Counted from the first letter of the stretch, positions 12,512-26,035 are shown. The stretch: DNA of 64,000 nt from Octopus sinensis (GCF_006345805.1 NW_021836318.1:1-64000), one strand, 5' to 3'. Program-made: numbers and translations. The notes: generated by a model not told the origin, from the sequence alone.

Positions 12512-13761
12512 ATTCAAGTTGATATTAGAGTCACCCTCAAGTATAAGCTGCACCCAGGTATAAGTTGCATTTGAGTATAATCCACACTTGAGTATAATTT
12601 GTCACTGGAGTACAATTTGCACCTGAGTATAAGTCACACTGGAGTATAAGTCTCACTGAAGTATGTCTCACTGGAGTATAAGTCACTCTGGAGTATAAGT
12701 CACACTGGAGTATAAGTCGCTCTGGAGTATAAGTCACACTGGAGTATAAGTCGCTCTGGAGTATAAGTCACACTGGAGTATAAGTCACACTGGAATATAA
12801 GTCGCTCTGGAGTTTAAAAGTGTTTAATTACGTGGAAATTATTTTAAAAAACTGCCGTTCAAACCGAAAAGATCTTAAACCTAATCTGTTTCTTAAATGA
12901 GGGACATATTCATACGGCACAGAATGTGTTTTTTTTACCTCAATAGAGGTCATTGATTGGTTGAAATTGCAGAAATTGAAGAAAAAAACCCAGCAAATAT
13001 CTTACAAACTATAGAATTTTCTCAATAAAGCCAAGAGAAAAAGATGTTTTATAAACACATTCTACCAGTATACGAAGTTCAAAAGTGTTTAGTTATGTGG
13101 AAATTATTTTAAAAAACTGCCGTTCAAACCGAAAAGATCCCATTGTTAGGTTTGTGTGTGTGAGTGCGTATTATTAATTCATTCATGTCTCTTCTGATTT
13201 TGTGTACATATACACACATAAATATGTGTGTGTGTACACGTGCACCCTTCTGTTTTGCATGCCCTAGACATTCAAAAAACCGTTGCAAGATAAATGGCTC
13301 TCAATTTCACGCTACAAATATGCATTTACACATATATTTGTGAGTAAATTGCATATTTGCGTGCAATCGTGGTCTTTTTTCCCTCTCAAAAATGCTTTTC
13401 AACAATGCAGGAATGACACGTGTTAAACTTGGTGTAAATATTTAAGGTTAATTCAAGAAATTCCCACAGCCGTGGTTGATCTTCACACAAAGGAAAAAAA
13501 AAAAACCATACAAAGAAACGATTTTCATTTGCATAAAGAAAAAAAAACAAAATAATGTCACTAGAAACGTTGAGTCGCTAATACTACTTAAGATGTTGTT
13601 ATTCCTATTGTTGGAGTAGAAGTAGTTGTTGTTGTTTTTGGTGGTGGTGCTGGTGGTGTTGGTCATACTTTGAGGTAAACAATACTACCACTGATGGCGG
13701 TGTTTTATTCAGAACTACTACTACTACTACTACTACTACTTGTTCTTCTTCTTTCTTTCCT

Positions 13762-13802
<41 letters not shown>

Positions 13803-14664
13803 TTCTTCTTTCTTTCTCCTTCTCCTTCCCCTTCTCCTTTCTTCTCCTTTCTTTCTTTCTTCTCATTCTTCCTCTTCTTCTCCTCCTTCTCCTTTCTTCT
13901 TCTTCTTCCTCTTCTTCTTCTTCTCCTTCTCCTTCCCCTCCTCCTCCCCCTTCCTCTTCTTGAGTGGGAGACCAGCGCATGCCGCATGCCGTCAAAGTTA
14001 TTGTCGTTGTCACATGTATGACCAGGTGAGCCGACCGACCGACCGACGGCCAAGTTCCAACGTGAAGATCACTCGACTGTATTTCTCTTGGAAAGGAAGG
14101 GCAGACACGTTTTCTGACACTGGTTTTCTGGCAATAATAAAAGAAAGCATAATGCAGACACATTTGTGAGGACTGCCGACGGGGCTTCCCCACCCCCCTC
14201 TCTGCCTCTCAGTAACGTTGCCAGGTGCTCCCCAAAGGGAGGATTTCCGTCTTGTATATTTGTTAAAAGTTGGGTAAATATAGTGAGTATGGCCGAGGTT
14301 AATTTAGTCTGGTCTGAATATGGGATTGTAGGACAGAGATAAGGGCAAAGGGAAGACCCTTGCTATTGACAGTCTAAGTTATCTGAGATATCTGTAGGGG
14401 TCCCTTTTGGGGCCTATGGTAGATGTCCTCCTTATAGTGACTCTCTTTACTCTTTACTCTTTTACTTGTTTCAGTCATTTGACTGCGGCCATGCTGGAGC
14501 ACCACCTTTAGTCGAGCAACTCGACCCCGGGACTTATTCTTTTGTAAGCCCAGTACTTATTCTATCGTTCTCTTTTGCCGAACCGCTAGGTAACGGGGAC
14601 ATAAACACACCAGCATCAGTTGTTACGCAATGCTAGGGGGACAAACACAGACACACAAACACTA
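12512..14664 (+). repeat. Local 2.1-kb duplication, copy 2
   Basis: See 9458-11605. Ends inside a SINE-A 3' half (14440-14662). Confidence 0.95.
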
Positions 14665-14804
14665 TATATTTTCTTATCTTCTTTTTTACCATTTCACTGG
14701 TTGCATTTGTAGGCCTGTGGCCATACTGGAGCAGCTCCTTCAAAAGCTTTTTGTTTGATCGTATCAAGCCCAGCACCTTTTTTTTTTATCCAGTTGAGGC
14801 TCTA

Positions 14805-15170
14805 TTGCTAGGAAGCTTGCTTACCAACCACATGGTTCCAGGTTCAGTTCCACTGCACAGCACCTTGGGCAAGTGTCTTCTACTATATCCCAGTGCCAAC
14901 CAAAGCCTTGTGAATAGACTTAATATATGGAAACTGAAAGAAGCCTGCCACATGTGTATCTTTGTGCACCCTTGTTTAGATATCTGGAGGTCCATAGCTT
15001 AGTGGTTAGGGGTGTTGGACTCATGTTCATAAGATTGTGGTTTCAACTCCTGGGCTGGGCTAGGCATTATGTTCTGGAGCAAAACTCTTCATTTCCATTG
15101 CTTCAGTCTATTCAGCTGGATGAGTATTCCTGTGACGGACCAGCATCCTATCCAGTTGGGAGTATATAGA
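14805..15170 (+). mobile_element. Diverged SINE-A head (14805-14950) plus diverged SINE family E copy (14986-15170)
   Basis: ggttccaggttcagttccactgc..ccttgggcaagtgtcttc, then ggaggtccatagcttagtggttagg..ggtttcaactcc tRNA-like head. Confidence 0.65.
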
Positions 15171-15407
15171 GCAGAGAATCAGGGAAACTGGCCCTCTGAA
15201 TCTACATCACTTGCGAATGAGCTTCTCTAGACATCATGTGATGGTTGTAAACAAGCATCTCTGTCATATAAGTGGGGTACCGGTCTTCTGTCTGACCATG
15301 CAAATATTTCCTTATTTGGAAACAGGGGAAAGCTGGTGAGAGGCGGGGAAACATCTGGCTTCAGAAATCTTCAATGAATCTAATATTACTCCTGCAAGAT
15401 AAAACAT

Positions 15408-15577
15408 AGGCGCAGGAGTGACTGTGTGGTAAGTAGCTTGTTTACCAACCACACGGTTCCGGGTTCAGTCCCACTGCGTGGCACCTTGGGCAAGTGTCTT
15501 CTACTATAGCCTCGGGCCGACCAAAGCCTTGTGAGTGGATTTGGTAGACGGAAACTGAAAGAAGCCTGTCGTATATA

Positions 15578-15672
<95 letters not shown>

Positions 15673-15895
15673 GTGTATGTGTGTTTGTGTGTCTGTGTTT
15701 GTCCCCCTAGCATTGCTTGACAACTGATGCTGGTGTGTTTATGTCCCCGTTACTTAGCGGTTTGGCAAAAAGAGACCGATAGAATAAGTACTGGGCTTAC
15801 AAAAGAATAAGTCCCGGGGTCGAGTTGCTCGATTAAAGCCGGTGCTCCAGCATGGCCGCAGTCAAATGACTGAAACAAGTAAAAGTAAGAGTAAG
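15408..15895 (+). mobile_element. SINE family A, full length, with an expanded internal (TA)n
   Basis: Standard head and tail. The internal TA/TG tract is about 110 bp. Confidence 0.92.
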
Positions 15896-16227
15896 TAAAT
15901 TGAACTGGAAGAATACCAAGCAAAATGCTTAACAGCATTTGGTTCATCCTTCTGTCCTGAGTTCAAACCCTGCCATGGTCAACTTTGTCTTTTATCCTTT
16001 TGGGATCAATAAAACAAGTACCATGGGTGGTCGATGTATACTCGATGTAGATTGACTTTGCTCCAAAATTGCTGGCTTTGTGCCACAATTTAAAAATGAT
16101 TTGTCGTGGTTCGCTGCTTGGTTGGTGAGAAGTCCTCAGAGAGACTGCCAATACACGTCCGTTCACGGGTGCTGCCAGAGCCAGAAAAGGATGAGTGAGC
16201 GAACCGTGTCTTAGGGGTCAGTTTCCT

Positions 16228-16335
16228 GCACATGCGCATGAGGAAGACTTCCGGTGGCCAACCGGAAGTTATCCCATTCTGCGCATGTGCGCTGAACCTT
16301 ACACAGCAGCATCACTACAAGACTTTCATACCAAT
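16228..16335. promoter_or_regulatory. Candidate regulatory island: inverted NRF1-like and ETS motifs, ACTACAA, CCAAT
   Basis: gcacatgcgca (16228-38) / tgcgcatgtgc (16280-90); acttccggt (16247-55) / accggaagt (16261-69); actacaa 16314; ccaat 16331. Confidence 0.4.
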
Positions 16336-16424
16336 AGGCCACTTCAGTTCCTGGCTGTTTATGTCTAGAGTACAAACATGAAGGATGCTCTCATCAGATT
16401 TTTGTTTTCACGCAAGATCATCAT

Positions 16425-17037
16425 TATCATCATCATCGTTTAATGTCCGTTCTCCATGCTGGCATGGGTTGGACGGTTCGACCGGGGATCAGGGAAGCCA
16501 GGAGGCTGCACCAGGCTCCAGTCTTATCTGGCAGTGTTTCTACAGCTGGATGCCCTTCCTAACGCCAACCACTCCATGAGTGTAGTGGGTGCTTTTTACG
16601 TGCCACCTGCACAGGTGCCAGGCGAGGCTGGCAACGGCCACGGTCGGATTGGTGCATTTTATGTGCCACCGGCACGGAAGCCAGTCGAGGTGGTGCTGGC
16701 ATCGGCCACAATTCAGATAGTGCTTTTTACGTACCACCAGTCCAGGGGTCCTGGCATCTGCCGGGTGCCAGTCATAGGATTGGTTCAATTTCGATTCCGA
16801 TTTCGATTTCGATTTCACTTGCCCCAACAGGTCTTCGCAAGCATGGGTGCCTGTCGTCGGATGAGGTTCGATTTCAACTTCGCTTGCCTCAACAGGTCTT
16901 CGTGTGTCCAAGGGAGGAAAGGCATGCATAAGTGGGCTGGACTCACTTGTCCTGCCTGGTCTTCTCACGCACAGCATATTTCCAAAGGTCTCGGTCGCTG
17001 GTCATTTCCTCAGTGAGGCCTAAAGTTCGAAGGTCGT
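16425..17037 (-). mobile_element. 5'-truncated RTE LINE: last codons of ORF, full 3' UTR and (TGA)n tail
   Basis: Reverse complement of about 16950-17037 (cgaccttcgaactttaggcctcactgaggaaatgacc...gctgtgcgtgagaagacc) matches 23518-23600. The UTR has repeated ggtggcacgtaaaaagcacc subunits. Confidence 0.85.
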
Positions 17038-17250
17038 AACTGAACATATTGAGGAGAGACTATGAACCCCTGTCTTGTCACCAGCGACGAGGTTTTTCTT
17101 GAAGTCTGGGTCATTGTTTGCATAGACCAGCATGTCCCGAGTGAATTCTATGTGGAGTTGTAGGAAGGGTAGCATTACATCTCATCCAAAGGGATTTGTC
17201 CAAAGGGCATTAGTTTTGCAAGGAAAAAAATGAATGCATCTCATATATAC

Positions 17251-17456
17251 CCTTTTACGTGTTTCAGTCATTTGACTGTGGCCATGCTGGAGCACCACCT
17301 TTAGTTAAGCAAATCAACCCCAGGACTTATTCTTTGCAAGCCTACTACTTATTCTATCGATCTCTTTTGCCGAACCGCTAAGTTATGGGGACGTAAACAC
17401 ACCAGCATCGGTTGTCAAGCAATGTTGGGGGGACAAACACAGATGCACAAACATAT

Positions 17457-17531
<75 letters not shown>

Positions 17532-17697
17532 TACGACAGGCTTCTTTCAGTTTCCGTCTACCAAATCCACTCACAAAGCATTGGTCAGCCCGAGGCTATA
17601 GCAGAAGACACTTGCCCAAGGTGCCATGCAGTGGGACTGAACCCGGAACCATGTGGTTGGTAAGCAAGCTACTTACCACACAGCCACTCCTGCGCCT
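17251..17697 (-). mobile_element. SINE family A, full length
   Basis: Standard head and tail on the minus strand. Confidence 0.92.
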
Positions 17698-17999
17698 TTT
17701 TATCAAAACTTATTAAGCCTTTAAGTGCAAAATTAAATTTAATAGTTGTTTCACAAATGATATTAAATATTTATCACAAAATAGAATTGGCATTTTCTGT
17801 AACTCACACTGCCCCAAGAAACTTGACAATTGGTACAGGTGAGACTGTACAGGAACCATGCAATATCAGACTGGAATCTGGTGCAGCCACTCACTCAGCT
17901 TGCCATCATTGGTCAAACCGTCCAACCCATGCCAGCATGGACAATGGATGTTAAGTGATGATGATGATGATGATGATGACGATGATGATAATGATATTC

Positions 18000-18400
18000 T
18001 TTCACTCTTTTACTTGTTTCAGTCATTTGACTGCGGCCGTGCTGGAGCATCGCCTTTAATCAAGCAACTCGACCCCGGGACTTATTCTTTTGTAAGCCCA
18101 GTACTTATTCTATCGGTCTCTTTTGCCGAACCGCTAAGTGACGGGGACATAAACACACCAGCATCAGTTGTCAAGCAATGCTAGGGGGACAAATACAGAC
18201 ACACAAACACACACACTTATATATATATACATATATACGACGGGCTTCTTTCAGTTTCTGTCTACCAAATCCACTCACAAGGCTTTGGTCGGCCCAAGGC
18301 TATAGTAGAAGACACTTGCCCAAGGTGCCACGCAGTGGGACTGAACCCGGAACCATGTGGTTGGTAAACAAGCTACATACCTCACAGCCACTCCTGCGTC
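18000..18400 (-). mobile_element. SINE family A, full length (preceded by an RTE tail at 17870-17990)
   Basis: Standard head and tail. Upstream ccgtccaacccatgccagcatgg...(tga)n. Confidence 0.9.
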
Positions 18401-18663
18401 TATATATTCCTCAACAAAACACAGATATGTATATAAAACTGCTTTCTGCAGTTAAGAATATTTGAAATTTCAGTGGTTATGCCTTGATTTCCAAAGTAAA
18501 AGGGTTAATCATAAGTGGGAAGGGGGACAATATGAGTATACACAAGTGCTTGGAATAGGATCAAATATTATCAATAGCCAGGGGGTCCTCTCCATGCCCT
18601 TATCTCTGTCCTACAACCCCATACTCAGAGCAGGCCTAATTAACCGAGGCCATACTCACCATA

Positions 18664-18887
18664 CTCTTTTACTCTCTTTTACTTGTTTCAGTCATTTTGA
18701 CTGCGGCCATGCTGGAGCACCACCTTTAGTCGAGCAAATTGACCCCGGGACTTATTCTTTGTAAGCCCAGTACTTATTCTATCGGTCTCTCTTGCCGAAC
18801 CGCTAAGTTACAGGGACATAAACACAGCAGCATCAGTTGGCAAGCAATGCTAGGGGGACAAACACAGACACACAAACACATACACAC

Positions 18888-18956
<69 letters not shown>

Positions 18957-19127
18957 CATGTATACGACAGGCTTCTTTCAGTTTCCGTCTACCAAATCCA
19001 CTCACAAGGCATTGGTCGGCCTGGGGCTATAGCAGAAGACACTTGCCCAAGATGCCACGCAGTGGGACTGAACCCGGAACCATGTGGTTGGTTAGCAAGC
19101 TACTTACCACACAGCCACTCCTGCGCC
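18664..19127 (-). mobile_element. SINE family A, full length, inserted in the unclassified D+G repeat
   Basis: Splits ggccatactcaccata and accatatttacccaacttttaac, which are contiguous (reverse complement) at 11200-11235. Confidence 0.9.
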
Positions 19128-19676
19128 TGTACAGTCACACCTGTACCATATTTACCCAACTTTTAACAAATTCACTACAGGGCAGGAATTCTATGTCCGG
19201 TATTACATATCTTCCAAGGGAGAAAAAAAGCTCCATTGCCAATCCTTTTAAACGTGTCCATAATATGCTTTATTTTTTTTTACCATAGCCACCAGTGTCA
19301 GAAAACGTGTCTGTTCTTCCCTTCTAAAAGTATACAGTGGAGTGATCTTCACGTTGGACTTGACCGTCAACCAGCTTGATCAAACATGTGATTGTTATTA
19401 TCATTATTATTATTATTACTATTGTTATTATATATAACACGCCACAACCACCAGCAGTAAAAGTGTTAACACCACCACCACCACCACTATTAGCTTCCCA
19501 AACATTTCTAGTAAAATTGCTTTTCACTTTACTAATTTTTCACTTTACTTATTTGTGTGAATTGTTTTATTGTTTGTTGACAATCAACCGTTTCTGTGAG
19601 AGAATCTTTAATTAACCTTTGGTAATTATAGTAAGTTTCGTGTGTATTATTCAATGCATAAAGCATAGACACATGC

Positions 19677-19718
<42 letters not shown>

Positions 19719-20063
19719 GTATATATTTACGGAAAAAGTAAAACCAAATATCTTAAAATATTTTTAAATGTCTCAGGTAAAAAAAAAAAAATGAGGATCT
19801 ATATATATACCCAAATCTTCATTTTTGATGACTCAAATATATAGAAAACTGGGGTATATATACTGTTTATTTGGAAAATGGCCAATAGGTTAATTTCACT
19901 GAAACTTTTGCTGCACAGCAAACATAGAATCCAAAGAATAGACTCACACAGATATATATATATATATTTTAATTATAATAAAGGGTTAATTGCAACAAGT
20001 TGCTCAAAAAAAACTACTAGGTGAAATTTATTAATTTTATTAAATTAATTATATTTCACCCTT

Positions 20064-20480
<417 letters not shown>

Positions 20481-20676
20481 TGGAGTAAACACATAAATGT
20501 GAAACAAGGTGGAGAAAAGAGTACTCAAATACCAGGGGTAGAGTAATATGCTTTATTTAAAAGCAGCAGAAATTCAACAAAATCTGTTACTGAATTTTAA
20601 CAAAACTGTCCAACAAACAGGAACGTGAAACTCTGAGTAACAGGTTTTGTTGAATTTCTGCTGCTTTTAAAATAAA

Positions 20677-20716
<40 letters not shown>

Positions 20717-20722
<6 letters not shown>

Positions 20723-23637
20723 TTGAGGTATAGCAAAGAACACAAGTACAAGATTTTCCGGGCAGGGAACACTGATGGGGTTGGTGGCGTGGGTATACTT
20801 ATCCCTGAAAAATGGGTAGATAAAGTAATTGAGGTAATCAGAGTATGTGACAGAATACTTAAGATTAGATTAGCGCTTCATCATAGTTTAGCAACCATTA
20901 TATCAGCCTATGCTCCTCAGCCGGGGCTACCCAATGGACAGAAAGACCGATTCTATGACACTCTACTGCAGACTACCTCGTTGACGAACGACAGAGACCT
21001 TCTCTTTGTGGCTGGTGACTTCAACGGTCACGTTGGACGACATGCTGGGGGCTTCCATGGTGTACATGGAGGCTATGGTTATGGTTCCCGCAATGAGGAG
21101 GGAACCAGGCTGCTGGAGTTCTGCGATGCAAATGATCTTATGGTCTGCAACACTAACTTCAGGAAACCTACCAGCCACCTAGTCACCTACTGATCAGGTC
21201 GTCATACCAGCCAAATTGACTACATCCTTGCCAGGAAAAGGGAAAGATGGCTGCTTATAAATGCCAAAACCTTCCCAGGCGAAGAATGTACCCCGCAACA
21301 TAGACTGGTAGTTAGTGACTTTAGGATCAGGACTAAGAGGACAACCAGAAGACGACCAACATGGAGAAGAAGGATCTGGAAGCTTAAAGATCCTGCGAAT
21401 GGACAGAGATTTAGGGACATATTACTTGAAGCCTTTGACGAAGTAGAAGGGGATAGAGCATCACATGGGGTAGAAGACATCTGGACGTTTCTAAGGGACA
21501 ACCTACTGAAAGCCACTGACCAGATCTGTGGCTGGTGCAAAGTCCCCTCTCAACCCAAAATAACGTGGTGGTGGAACAATATTGTAGACAGGGCTATTAG
21601 AGAAAAGAGACAGGCCTGGAAGGACTGGAAGAATGGTGGTAGCAGGGAATTGTATCAGACTGCCAAAAGAGAAGCTAGGAGACAGGTTTATTTAGCCAGA
21701 GGGGAGCAGATAAGAATACATTTGCCAATGTTCTGCGCCGTGAGGACCAAAGACTTGAGGTGTTTCATGTTGCAAGACAGTGTGTGAGAGAGAATCATGA
21801 TGTGGTAGGAGAGAAGTGTGTTCGCATGGAAGATGGTTCACTTGCGCTAAATGAGGATTCAAAGAGAGAGGTTTGGAGACGTCACTATGAAAGGTTGCTG
21901 AATAAAGAAAATGAATGGGATAAAGAGAGTCTGCCGAATGTCAACCCAACAGAGGGACCAGCTATCCGAGTTGACAGTTCCTTGGTAGTTAAGGCAATTA
22001 GAAGCATGAAGACAGGGAAAGCCCCAGGCCCATCAGGAATCACTGCAGAGATGCTCAAAATATCTGGTAGTGTCGGCTATAGCCTAGTCACCCGTATAGT
22101 TAATCAGGTGATACACGAAGGAGTCATACCCAATGACTGGTGTAGCAGCATACTAGTCAACTGCTACAAAGGTAAAGGTGATGCCCTAGATACAAATAAT
22201 TACAGAGGTATCAAGCTGTTGGATCAGGTAATGAAGGTTACGGAGAGGGTCATAGCCCAACTAATTAGAGAGAGAGTTAGTTTAGATGAGATGCAGTTTG
22301 GGTTCGTGCCAGGGAAAAGTACCACTGATGCTATATTCCTGGTAAGGCAGCGGCAGGAGAAATACCTAGCCAAAGATAAGCCCCTGTACCTGGCTTTTGT
22401 TGACATGGAGAAAGCCTTCGACAGGGTCCCCCGATCCCTTATCTGGTGGTCAATGAGGAAACTAGGGATAGATGAATGGTTAGTGAGAGCTGCGCGAGCC
22501 ATGTACAGGGACGCCGCTAGTAAGGTGAGGGTTGGCAATGAGTACAGTGAAGAATTCCGGGTAGAGGTAGGGGTCCACCAAGGCTCAGTCGTCAGCCCCC
22601 TCCTATTTATCATAGTCCTCCAGGCAATAACGGAGGAATTCAAGACAGGATGCCCCTGGGAGCTCCTCTATGCTGATGACCTTGCTCTAATTGCTAAGTC
22701 ACTATCAGAACTGGAGGAGAAATTTCAGGTGTGGAAGCAAGGATTAGAATCGAAGGGCCTTAGAGTCAATCTAGCTAAAACCAAAGTCCTAATAAGTAGG
22801 AAGGTAGACAAATCACAAACGCCTTCAGGTTGATGGCCCTGCTCGATCTGTAGAAAAGGTGTAGGTAGAAACTCTATAAGATGTACCAAGTGTAAGCTAT
22901 GGACACATAAGAGGTGCAGCAATGTTAAAGGAAGGCTAACTGGGAAGATAGTTTTTGTATGTGGCAGATGCTCGGGAGCAATAAACACTGAAAATGCTCT
23001 GAGACCAACTTCTTCCACATTCCAGGGAGAAAAACTAGAAATAGTTGATAGCTTCCGTTACCTAGGTGACCAAGTCAGTAGCGGGGGCAGGTGTGCTGAA
23101 AGTGTAACTGCTAGAGTAAGAATAGCTTGGGCAAAGTTCAGAGAGCTCTTACCTCTGCTGGTGACAAAAGGCCTCTCGCTCAGAGTAAAAGGCAGACTGT
23201 ATGATGCATGTGTACGTACAGCCATGCTACACGGCCGTGAAACATGTGCTGTGACTGCTGAAGATAAGCATAAGCTTGCAAGAAATGAAGCCAGTATGGT
23301 CCGATGGATGTGTAATGCCGGTACTCACACTCGACAGAGTGTAAGTACCTTGGGAGAAAAGCATCAGTTGTGGTGTGCAAGAGAGACGTCTGCGCTGGTA
23401 TGGTCATGTGACGAGAATGGATGAAGATAGTTGTGTGAAAAAGTGCCATACCCTAGCAATTGAGGGAATCTGTGGAATAGGTAGACCCAGGAAGACCTGA
23501 GATGAAGTGGTGAAGCACGACCTTCGAACTTTAGGTCTCACTGAGGAAATGACTAGAGACTGAGACCTATGGAAGTATGCTGTGCGTGAGAAGACCCGGC
23601 AAGACTAGCGAGACCACAACCCGTGGCCTACACCTGG
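20717..23637 (+). mobile_element. Degraded RTE-clade LINE (APE-RT), 5'-truncated and lacking a tail
   Basis: APE motifs AYAPQ, VAGDFNGHVG, IDYI. RT motifs KAPGPSG, NYRGIKL, FVDMEKAFDRV, HQGSVVSPLLF, YADD. TGA stops at 21191 and 22831 plus frameshifts. Confidence 0.95.
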
Positions 23638-24069
23638 TATGTAAAGCTCGACAAAATGCTGTTAAGCATTTAGTTCAGTATACTGGTGATTCTGCCGAAA
23701 GCAGTATTCAGTGTCCTAACAAAACATCCATTTTTAATTTGGATATAACGATTACTGTTTGGCACTAATACTACTGTTGTTCCTCATAATTAAAGGGAGG
23801 CTGGCATATCTGGATCATTAAACCTATTGGTCATGCTGTGACAGTAGTTTAAATTGGGGTGCCTGTCACCATGGAGACAAGCAGTGAGAAAACATTTTCA
23901 ATAAATTAGGAAACGTGTTTGACATATGTCAAAGTAACTAAAAACCTACAAAACATGTGCCACAATATAGGCCAATACATTGCATGAATATCTGAGGCAA
24001 TTACAATGGAATGACAAAAACGAACAGAATATATGTATGTGTGTATGAATGTATCTATCTATCTATCTA

Positions 24070-24934
24070 TCTCTTTTACTCTTTTCTCTTTTACTCTTTT
24101 ACTTGTTTCAGTCATTTGACTGCGGCCATGCTGGAGCACCGCCTTTAGTCGAGCAAATCAACCCCGGGACTTATTCTTTGTAAGCCCAGTACTTATTCTA
24201 TCTATCTATCTGTTTTACTCTTTTCTCTTTTACTCTTTTACTTGTTTCAGTCATTTGACTGCGGCCATGCTGGAGCACCGCCTTTAGTCGAGCAAATCAA
24301 CCCCGGGACTTATTCTTTGTAAGCCCAGTACTTATTCTATCTATCTATCTGTTTTACTCTTTTCTCTTTTACTCTTTTACTTGTTTCAGTCATTTGACTG
24401 CGGCCATGCTGGAGCACTGCCTTTAGTCAAGCAAATCAACCCCGGGACTTATTCTTTGTAAGCCCAGTACTTATTCTATCTATCTATCTCTTTTACTCTT
24501 TACTCTTTTACTCTTTTACTTGTTTCAGTCATTTGACTGCGGCCATGCTGGAGCACCGCCTTTAGTCGAGCAAATCAACCCCGGGACTTATTCTTTGTAA
24601 GCCCAGTACTTATTCTATCTATCTATCTCTTTTACTCTTTACTCTTTTACTCTTTTACTTGTTTCAGTCATTTGACTGCGGCCATGCTGGAGCACCGCCT
24701 TTAGTCGAGCAAATCAACCCCGGGACTTATTCTTTGTAAGCCCAGTACTTATTCTATCTATCTATCTCTTTTACTCTTTACTCTTTTACTCTTTTACTTG
24801 TTTCAGTCATTTGACTGCGGCCATGCTGGAGCACCGCCTTTAGTCAAGCAAATCGGCCCCGGGACTTATTCTTTGTAAGCCCAGTACTTATTCTATCTAT
24901 CTCTTTTACTCTTTACTCTTTTACTCTTTTACTT
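24070..24934 (-). repeat. Six tandem 139-bp repeats of the SINE-A 3' end
   Basis: gtttcagtcatttgactg recurs at 24105, 24244, 24383, 24522, 24661 and 24800, then at 24935 in the parent SINE. Confidence 0.95.
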
Positions 24935-25312
24935 GTTTCAGTCATTTGACTGTGGCCATGCTGGAGCACCGCCTTTAGTCAATCAAATCGACCCCGGGAC
25001 TTATTCTTTTGTAAGCCCAGTACTTATTCTATCGGTCTCTTTTGCCGAACCGCTAAGTGACGGGGACGTAAACACACCAGCATCGGTTGTCAAGCAATGC
25101 TAGAGGGACAAACACAGATACACAAACACACATATATATATACATATATACGACAGGCTTCTTTCAGTTTCCATCTACCAAATCCACTCACAAGGCATTG
25201 GTCGGCCCGGGGCTATAGCAGAAGACACTTGCCCAAGATGCCACGCAGTGGGACTGAACCCGGAACCATGTGGTTGGTTAGCAAGGTACTTACCACACAG
25301 CCACTCCTGCGC
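24900..25312 (-). mobile_element. SINE family A, full length (parent of the 139-bp array)
   Basis: Standard body through the head cagccactcctgcgcct. Confidence 0.92.
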
Positions 25313-25579
25313 CTATCTATCAATCTATCTGTTTGTTTATAATTAAAGTCAAAATGAGGGTGAAAAAATTGGATATTAACTTAATAACATCAATTTAAAC
25401 ACCAGTGGCCTAGCGCAAAAAGACTGAGATTCAGTAAATATCATTAATGCACAAATAAGAGAGAGAATCCACTATGTGGACGCTCTTACGCTAGAGATAG
25501 ATCCGCAAAGGGACTCAACAACTAAGAATTGTTCTCAAGAAAAAATTTGGCACACTAAGAATGTAAGCGGGCAGGACAT

Positions 25580-25580
25580 G

Positions 25581-25624
<44 letters not shown>

Positions 25625-25655
25625 AATCTATCTCTCTATCTACCTACCTACCTAC

Positions 25656-25712
<57 letters not shown>

Positions 25713-25816
25713 AATCTATCTATCTACCTACCTACCTACCTACCTACCTACCTACCTATCTATCAATCTATCTATCTACCTACCTACCTACCTACTTATC
25801 TATCTATCTATCTATC
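25580..25816. repeat. (TATC)n/(TACC)n microsatellite, 5' flank of the LINE
   Basis: Visible directly. Confidence 0.95.
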
Positions 25817-26035
25817 ACAATGGACGGACGCTAGTCATATCGGCTCCAAGTAAGTTGGCCACTTTTACATGTTTAAAACTCCTTGTTGTCAAATATTTTG
25901 TTTTAATCGTTGTGCAAATTCATTCACTAAAAAACCTGAGAATTATTCACGTAGAATTCCGCCCCTGTATGGGCGAAATTACAAAAAAACTTTCAAAACT
26001 TTCGTGGGTTTTTTTAGCCATTTTTCATTTTGAAA

